From Fibrobacterales bacterium (lineage in GTDB: Bacteria; Fibrobacterota; Fibrobacteria; Fibrobacterales; JAOPTW01): a stretch of DNA of 64,000 bases. Made by a program: the position numbers and the translations under genes. The notes below the pieces were generated by a model that saw nothing but the letters and a program-made list of their open reading frames with translations, was not told where the DNA came from and made no database searches. This document shows, piece by piece, positions 58,032-64,000 of this stretch. The first letter of the stretch is position 1. Every line of letters starts with the position of its first letter. The stretch lies in contig JAOPTW010000011.1 in assembly GCA_051532035.1 (NCBI GenBank), positions 32,001-96,000 on the forward strand, given 5' to 3'.

Positions 58032-59270
58032 ATGTATTGTTCTATGGAGCTTGACTTAAAAACAATTGTTGTAATGCATACAGTTCTCACAACCTGTATG
58101 ACCTTCGTGTATTTTTCATATTGGAAAGTGCAGCGCTGTCATCCTGGGTATGGGTTGTGGATGCAGAGTTTATTTGTGTTATCTTTTGCCGTTTGGGTGT
58201 ATGTTGCTCGTGTTTCCATTCCTTTATGGGTTAGCGTAGGCGGAGCAAGCTTTCTCTTTGCACTAGCAGCGGTATTGAGGGCCGATTCTATTTCACGATT
58301 TGTAACAGGAAAAAGAACTCATAAATGGTCCTATAGTATTCCTTTTGTTTGTACGCTCTCTGCGCTCTATTTTGGATTTGTTGCTGACGTTTATGTGGGT
58401 CGAAATCTATCAGTTACCGCGCCTTTAGTGGTATTACTATCGTATATGATGATGGTATTACTCCAAAATGCAAAAGGGAGCGTGGCCTGGCTCTATAGAG
58501 GCGTTGCTTTTCTTACCTTTGTAAAAGCAGTTATGTTGATCACTCGATTTGTATATAATACTAAATATGGGTATGAAATGGATCTTTCACAAGACAACAT
58601 TATTGCCACTCTTTTCTTTATTCTCGTGGCGTTAGAAGTTCTCGAAGCAACTGTATTTTTACTCTTAAATATGCAGCGCAGTGAACTGCTGTTATCGGAG
58701 TCAAATAAGGAACTTACTGAAAGTGAAAATCGCTTTCATTCTCTTTCGGATGCTTCATTTGAAGGGGTAGCTATTGTAGAAAACGAGAAAGTTATAGAGG
58801 TAAATTCAAGCTTTATAGCTATGTATGGCTTTAATGATGCATCTGAAGTGGTGGGTAAAGAGTTTTCGGAATTTATCCCTCACAACAAATATGAAAGAGT
58901 GATGTTACGATTGAATTCAGATGAAAATTCTCCTTATGAATCTGAGGGATTAAAAAAAGATAAATCTATTATACCTGTAGAATATAATGGAAAACCATTT
59001 GAATATAAAGACAGTCTACTCCGTATAATTGCGGTAAAAGATATGAGTAGACAAGTAGCTGCCGAAAAAGAGATAAAAGACCTTAAAGGTATATTGCCTC
59101 TCTGTAGTTACTGTAATAAAATTAAAGATGATGAAGGTAATTGGGAAAAAGTAGATCAATATATTCAACATAATTCACAAGCTGATATAAGTCATAGTCT
59201 ATGCCCAACCTGCCTTAAGCAAAATTACCCGGATGAGTACGAAAAAATGAAAGGTCTCGATGGTATTTAA
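58032..59270 (+). CDS. Multi-TM membrane sensor with a PAS domain and a C-terminal Cys/His motif domain
   Basis: About 7 TM helices; PAS 'SENRF..L..AS.EG...EVN..F..MYG'; 'LPLCSYCNKIKD...SHSLCPTC'. Confidence 0.8.
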   Translation: MYCSMELDLKTIVVMHTVLTTCMTFVYFSYWKVQRCHPGYGLWMQSLFVLSFAVWVYVARVSIPLWVSVGGASFLFALAAVLRADSISRFVTGKRTHKWSYSIPFVCTLSALYFGFVADVYVGRNLSVTAPLVVLLSYMMMVLLQNAKGSVAWLYRGVAFLTFVKAVMLITRFVYNTKYGYEMDLSQDNIIATLFFILVALEVLEATVFLLLNMQRSELLLSESNKELTESENRFHSLSDASFEGVAIVENEKVIEVNSSFIAMYGFNDASEVVGKEFSEFIPHNKYERVMLRLNSDENSPYESEGLKKDKSIIPVEYNGKPFEYKDSLLRIIAVKDMSRQVAAEKEIKDLKGILPLCSYCNKIKDDEGNWEKVDQYIQHNSQADISHSLCPTCLKQNYPDEYEKMKGLDGI

Positions 59271-59640
59271 TAGGGCAGACAATCTTATTCATTACTATCG
59301 TTCCTGAACCATTATTAACTGGTATCTCCATAAACACCGATGGATAATTCTCTGCTTACACCGATATAATGCGCTTGTTTCTAGTGTTTGTTTAGGTAGC
59401 AGGAAACGTCAAATAAATACCTCATTTAATACCAATTTGTAATATTGGAGTCATGAATGCTCGATAGGGCCTTTAAATGGGGGTGTTATCCTAAAACAAC
59501 ACATCATTACTTTGTTTTTAAAGCCTCCGGGTATTTTCAAAGATGCATAAATTGATGAATTGTTATACACTAAAGGGAGTAGTTAATAATTGATGAGTTA
59601 ATACTATTTGCTCTTTCAAAAAATACTGAGAAGGATCAGT

Positions 59641-62600
59641 ATGAAATTATGGTCGAAAGTATTCATAGGTTTAGGAACAGTGATTGTGTTGTTGATCACT
59701 CTTGCCGGAACTGGAATATTCAGTCTCTCTGACGCAAATAATAATTTTAAGGAATATCGATCCCTAGCGCGAAAAACTAATGCAGATGGCCGGATTCAGG
59801 CAAATATGCTTATGACACGGTTGTACGTTAAGAATTTTATCATTAACCCCAGTGAAGAGAATATCAAAGGGGTTACTGCTCGTGCAAAGAAAACAATAAC
59901 AATGATAGAAGAAGCTCATGCCCTCGAATTAGATTCTTTAGAAAATAATATGGTACATATTCTCAATAATGAACTTGATGACTACGTCCTTATTTTTGGA
60001 GAGGTAGTGAAAAAACACGCAAGAAGAGATGACCTTGTCTTAAATACTCTTAATCTTGTTGGCCCAAATATGGAGAGGGGCCTCACTACAATAATGGCCA
60101 GTGCTTTTGCTGATTCGGACAATCAAGCTTCATATTGGGCAGGAATGACACTACGAAGTATGTTGCTTGCACGCATCTATGCAACACGGTATCTTGTCCA
60201 AAATGATAAACAATCTTTTAAGCGTGTTGAAGTAGAATTTGAAAATATGGAAACTGAGTTAAATGAACTGATAGATCATCTTGAAAATCCCTATCGGCTA
60301 TTACTTGCTAAAAGAGTTAAGAAAGACCAACAAACCTATCGTGATGCTTTTAAAGAAGTGTACCAATCAATTTCAAATCGCAATAATCTTATTAAAAATA
60401 GATTGGATAAAATAGGGCCCTATGTAGCAGATGAGATTGAGCAACTGAAGTTATCACTTAAAGATCAACAGGATGAACTGGGACCAATTGCAGAACAATC
60501 GGTAAACCGTGGGGTTAACATAATGATTGTTGTCTCGCTTATTTCTTTAGTGTTTGGTGGAGTAATCATCTGGCTAACAGGTTTAAGGGTGGCACAACCT
60601 CTTAAAAAGATTACCCTTGCAATGGATGTGTTGGCTAAAGGGGATACAACTGTAGAGATACCCTATACCCAGAACCATGATGAAATTGGTGATATGGCAA
60701 AGGCAGCAACTATTTTTAGAGATAATATGATACAGGTTCAGACTCTCACTGAAGTACAGGCAACATCGATGAATGAACTTGAAGAAAAAGTGGCTGAGCG
60801 AACAGGGGAGTTTGAGAAAGCAAAAATTGAGGCTGAATCTGCGAATGAAGCGAAATCAAATTTTCTCGCCAATATGTCACATGAAATTCGTACACCAATG
60901 AACGCAGTGTTAGGCCTTAATCACCTTCTTGCAAAAACAACCCTCACTGATAAACAAGTGGATTATGTACACAAAATTGGTGAATCAGCCCAAGGCCTAT
61001 TGGGGATAATAAATGACATACTTGATTTCTCAAAAATTGAGGCGGGTAAACTCGATATAGAAGAGATAGATTTTGAGTTGGACTCTGTTATAGATAATGT
61101 ATCAAATATGATCTTAATGAAAGCGCAGGAACGAGACATTGAGCTGATATTCTCTGTAGCCCCAGAAATACCACCGGTCTTGGTAGGAGATCCATTGAGA
61201 CTCGGTCAGGTGTTATTAAACTTAGCCAATAATGCTCTCAAGTTTACCGAATCAGGGGAAATTAAATTTAATGTTACAAGTGAAGAAAAAGGTGATGACT
61301 TTATTAAACTTGGCTTTAGCATTACCGATACTGGGATTGGCATGACTGATGCACAACAAGAAAAACTTTTTAAGGCATTCACGCAAGCTGATAGCTCAAC
61401 TACTCGAAAATTTGGTGGTACCGGCCTCGGTCTCAGTATTTCCAAACGACTTACAGAAATGATGGGTGGCGAAATTGGAGTTACCAGTAAAAAAGGTGAA
61501 GGGAGTTGTTTCTTTTTTAATGCAGTGTTTAAAATTAGTGATGCAATAATTGAACAAAAATATGTCATACCTGATGGGATAGAAGGAATGAAAGTATTAG
61601 TCGTTGATGACAATGACTCCGCCTTACAAGTCATGGATGCTTATTTGACAGACTTCTCTATTAATGCGACCTGTGTATCTGATGGGATACACGCACTTGA
61701 GATGGTAGCTCAAAAGAATAATGATGAAGAGACCGCCTATCAAGTAATATTTTTGGATTGGCAAATGCCTGGAATGAATGGCATAGAAGTTGCCCGTGAG
61801 GTCAAAGGAATGAACTTGGTAGTACAGCCTAAAATAGTTTTGGTAACCAGTTATGGGCGAGAAGAAATTAAGGACCAGAGTGACAGCCTCATGCTGGATA
61901 GCTTCTTATTAAAGCCGGTGGGACAGTCATTGATTTATGACACCATACTAGAAGTGTTTAATTTCACTGAACTCAGTCCAAAAAGATTCAACAAGACTCA
62001 TAGTATCCCTAACGTTGAAAGGATTCGTGGTGCATCAATACTATTAGTTGAAGACAATGAAATAAACCAACAAGTTGCACAGGAATTACTAGAGGCCGAA
62101 GGATTGCTGGTTACTGTAGCAGACTCTGGACAACATGCTTTGGATGTATTGAATGGAGATAGAAATTTTCATTTGATACTGATGGATTTACAAATGCCGG
62201 GCATGGGTGGGATAGAGGCGACTACTCATATTCGTAAAAAATATGGGAACGGGCTTCCCATTATCGCTATGACTGCAGATGCAATGAGTGGTGTTGAAGA
62301 AGAGGTCTATTCAGTAGGTATGAATGGCTATATTACCAAACCTATCGATGTATCAATACTTTTTGATCACCTGTTACAGTTTATAGATGGTGATGAAATC
62401 TCTGAAGGTGACCGTTTAAAGGGGGGGCAACAAAGTACCCTCTCTAAAAATACTGATGCAACAGCGTTAGAAGTTACAGGTATAAATACCGTCGATGGTA
62501 TAAATCGAGTAGCCGGAAACAGGAAGTTATACACCTCCTTACTCAAAAAATTCATGGATAATAATCAAAGTTTTATGATTGATATTACCCAATCTATTGA

Positions 62601-63048
62601 TGCCGGAGATTTTGAAGCGGCCGCAAGAATTGCTCATTCTCTTAAAGGAGTCTCAGGGAATATTGGGGCGGAACGTATATTTGATAGAGTACGTCGTTTA
62701 GAGGGGTTTTTAAAGGAGCCTTCGCCAGATAAAACGATAGTAGAAAGTCACCTGGAAACAATTGGCAGGGAATTAAAAACGGTCTTTGAAAGTATTTCAG
62801 ATAATCTCGATAGTATGGGCGTTTCCAATGCCGACATATCAATAGAAAATGACCCGACGATTCTACTGGCCCGATTAAAAGTTGAGTTAGAAGAGTACAG
62901 TGTTAATAGTGATACAACTTTTAATACTTTAAAACCCTGGCTTGCTAAACAGTTCAACACAGAAGATATGCTCGCGATACAAAATGCAATAGAAGAGTAT
63001 GCTTATGATACGGCAATTGATCTTCTAGAAAATATTGGGCGTGCATAG
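59641..63048 (+). CDS. Hybrid sensor histidine kinase (periplasmic sensor, HAMP, HisKA, HATPase, two REC, Hpt)
   Basis: '[15 protein letters not shown]', 'NALKFT', 'DTGIG', 'GGTGLGL', REC 'LDWQMP' and 'MDLQMP', Hpt 'AHSLKG'. Confidence 0.95.
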   Translation: MKLWSKVFIGLGTVIVLLITLAGTGIFSLSDANNNFKEYRSLARKTNADGRIQANMLMTRLYVKNFIINPSEENIKGVTARAKKTITMIEEAHALELDSLENNMVHILNNELDDYVLIFGEVVKKHARRDDLVLNTLNLVGPNMERGLTTIMASAFADSDNQASYWAGMTLRSMLLARIYATRYLVQNDKQSFKRVEVEFENMETELNELIDHLENPYRLLLAKRVKKDQQTYRDAFKEVYQSISNRNNLIKNRLDKIGPYVADEIEQLKLSLKDQQDELGPIAEQSVNRGVNIMIVVSLISLVFGGVIIWLTGLRVAQPLKKITLAMDVLAKGDTTVEIPYTQNHDEIGDMAKAATIFRDNMIQVQTLTEVQATSMNELEEKVAERTGEFEKAKIEAESANEAKSNFLANMSHEIRTPMNAVLGLNHLLAKTTLTDKQVDYVHKIGESAQGLLGIINDILDFSKIEAGKLDIEEIDFELDSVIDNVSNMILMKAQERDIELIFSVAPEIPPVLVGDPLRLGQVLLNLANNALKFTESGEIKFNVTSEEKGDDFIKLGFSITDTGIGMTDAQQEKLFKAFTQADSSTTRKFGGTGLGLSISKRLTEMMGGEIGVTSKKGEGSCFFFNAVFKISDAIIEQKYVIPDGIEGMKVLVVDDNDSALQVMDAYLTDFSINATCVSDGIHALEMVAQKNNDEETAYQVIFLDWQMPGMNGIEVAREVKGMNLVVQPKIVLVTSYGREEIKDQSDSLMLDSFLLKPVGQSLIYDTILEVFNFTELSPKRFNKTHSIPNVERIRGASILLVEDNEINQQVAQELLEAEGLLVTVADSGQHALDVLNGDRNFHLILMDLQMPGMGGIEATTHIRKKYGNGLPIIAMTADAMSGVEEEVYSVGMNGYITKPIDVSILFDHLLQFIDGDEISEGDRLKGGQQSTLSKNTDATALEVTGINTVDGINRVAGNRKLYTSLLKKFMDNNQSFMIDITQSIDAGDFEAAARIAHSLKGVSGNIGAERIFDRVRRLEGFLKEPSPDKTIVESHLETIGRELKTVFESISDNLDSMGVSNADISIENDPTILLARLKVELEEYSVNSDTTFNTLKPWLAKQFNTEDMLAIQNAIEEYAYDTAIDLLENIGRA

Positions 63049-63180
63049 AGGCAACGTTTCACCAAAATAAACCCATATTTTGGCTATAATCTACGTTGTC
63101 CCTGTATATATTCTTCTTTACTCTTTACGGCATTTGACTTTAAAATACTGAAATAGTATAATAATGTCAATAAGGCAGAT

Positions 63181-64000
63181 ATGATGAAGGAATTACTACG
63201 AAGGTTTTGTAATCAAGGTAATGCGCGAGGTTTCATTCTTGTCTTTAGTTTTAGTGCATTTCTTTTTCAGATTGGGTTGGCGGCTTATATATATAGGCAT
63301 TATGTAATTCACTCGGAAGAAGATGCATCACAACTCTTTGAAGTTGGACAGATACAAAAAGCAATAGAAGAGCGCTTTTATCATATTGGTAGTGACCTTA
63401 GGTATCTAGTAAAAATAGATCTTACCCCCTTTATATTTTCTGATACTCGCAACACATTGGTCAAAGCGAGCCTTACTTCACTTGCATCATCTATCATGGA
63501 GCGCTATTCTTACGACCAGATACGATGGATTGATACCAGTGGGCAGGAGGTATTACGAATTAATTACGATTCTGATTTAAATACACCATATAGAGTACCA
63601 GATTCTTTGCTTCAAAATAAGAGAACGCGATACTATGTTACTGAGACATTTGAGGCTGCTGGTAAGATATTTATTTCTCCAATAGATTTGAATGTTGAGC
63701 ATGATGTCGTTGAAAAACCAATTAAGCCAATGATCAGAATTGCAAAGGCCGTGGTTGATAAAGCAGGAAATACTCTAGGTATGGTAATTCTTAATTATCG
63801 CATGAATGATCTTCTTCACACTCTAGATGAATTGAATGCACATGAGGGTGATCAATTACTGTTATTAAATTTAGATGGCTATTATTTAAAGGGATTGAAT
63901 CGTGCGCATGAGTTTCGCTTTATGTATCCCGATCTCGAACAGGTCACTTTTTCAACAGATAATCCTGAACTATGGAAACATGTATTAACATCAGATAGTA
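63181..64000 (+). CDS. Cache-domain membrane sensor protein, 3'-truncated by the window edge (not in the ORF track)
   Basis: Own translation from ATG 63181: a TM segment, then 'YDQIRWIDTSGQEVLRIN', 'LQNKRTRYY', 'SPIDLNVE..VEKPIKPMIR'; no stop seen before the end. Confidence 0.8.
   Translation, partial: MMKELLRRFCNQGNARGFILVFSFSAFLFQIGLAAYIYRHYVIHSEEDASQLFEVGQIQKAIEERFYHIGSDLRYLVKIDLTPFIFSDTRNTLVKASLTSLASSIMERYSYDQIRWIDTSGQEVLRINYDSDLNTPYRVPDSLLQNKRTRYYVTETFEAAGKIFISPIDLNVEHDVVEKPIKPMIRIAKAVVDKAGNTLGMVILNYRMNDLLHTLDELNAHEGDQLLLLNLDGYYLKGLNRAHEFRFMYPDLEQVTFSTDNPELWKHVLTSDS

Noticed and set aside
40..62960. Numerous 60-160 aa ORFs antisense to or nested in long genes
   Set aside because: They are shadow ORFs with no motifs, lying within well-supported coding regions

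Overview
AT-rich bacterial chromosomal window. Two TIGR02147-like genes, a FISUMP (Fib_succ_major)-type protein and many lipoproteins with Ser-rich linkers point to Fibrobacterota (inference). No rRNA, tRNA, CRISPR array or transposase was recognised. The main feature is a ~13.2-kb minus-strand 12-gene operon (10295-23482), mostly translationally coupled. It encodes a PLP aminotransferase, a bacterial GRAS-domain protein, an alpha/beta hydrolase with a Cys nucleophile, two AMP-dependent ligases and an ACP. These are followed by a nucleoside phosphorylase, a divergent MtnA isomerase, a cobalamin-dependent radical SAM enzyme, a truncated MtnA paralogue, a class II aldolase-SCP2 fusion and an aldehyde dehydrogenase. 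It looks like an uncharacterised biosynthetic cluster with a built-in 5'-substituted-adenosine processing pathway. A second notable locus is an ECF sigma / membrane anti-sigma / secreted caspase-like protease / lipoprotein operon with a divergent pair of matching GGAACT-N16-CGTA promoters. The rest consists of surface and secreted proteins (repeat adhesin, collagen-GH12-like, GH8, vWA, CotH, MMP-like protease), an SNF2 helicase, and signalling and housekeeping genes. All product calls come from motif recognition by eye, not database searches.
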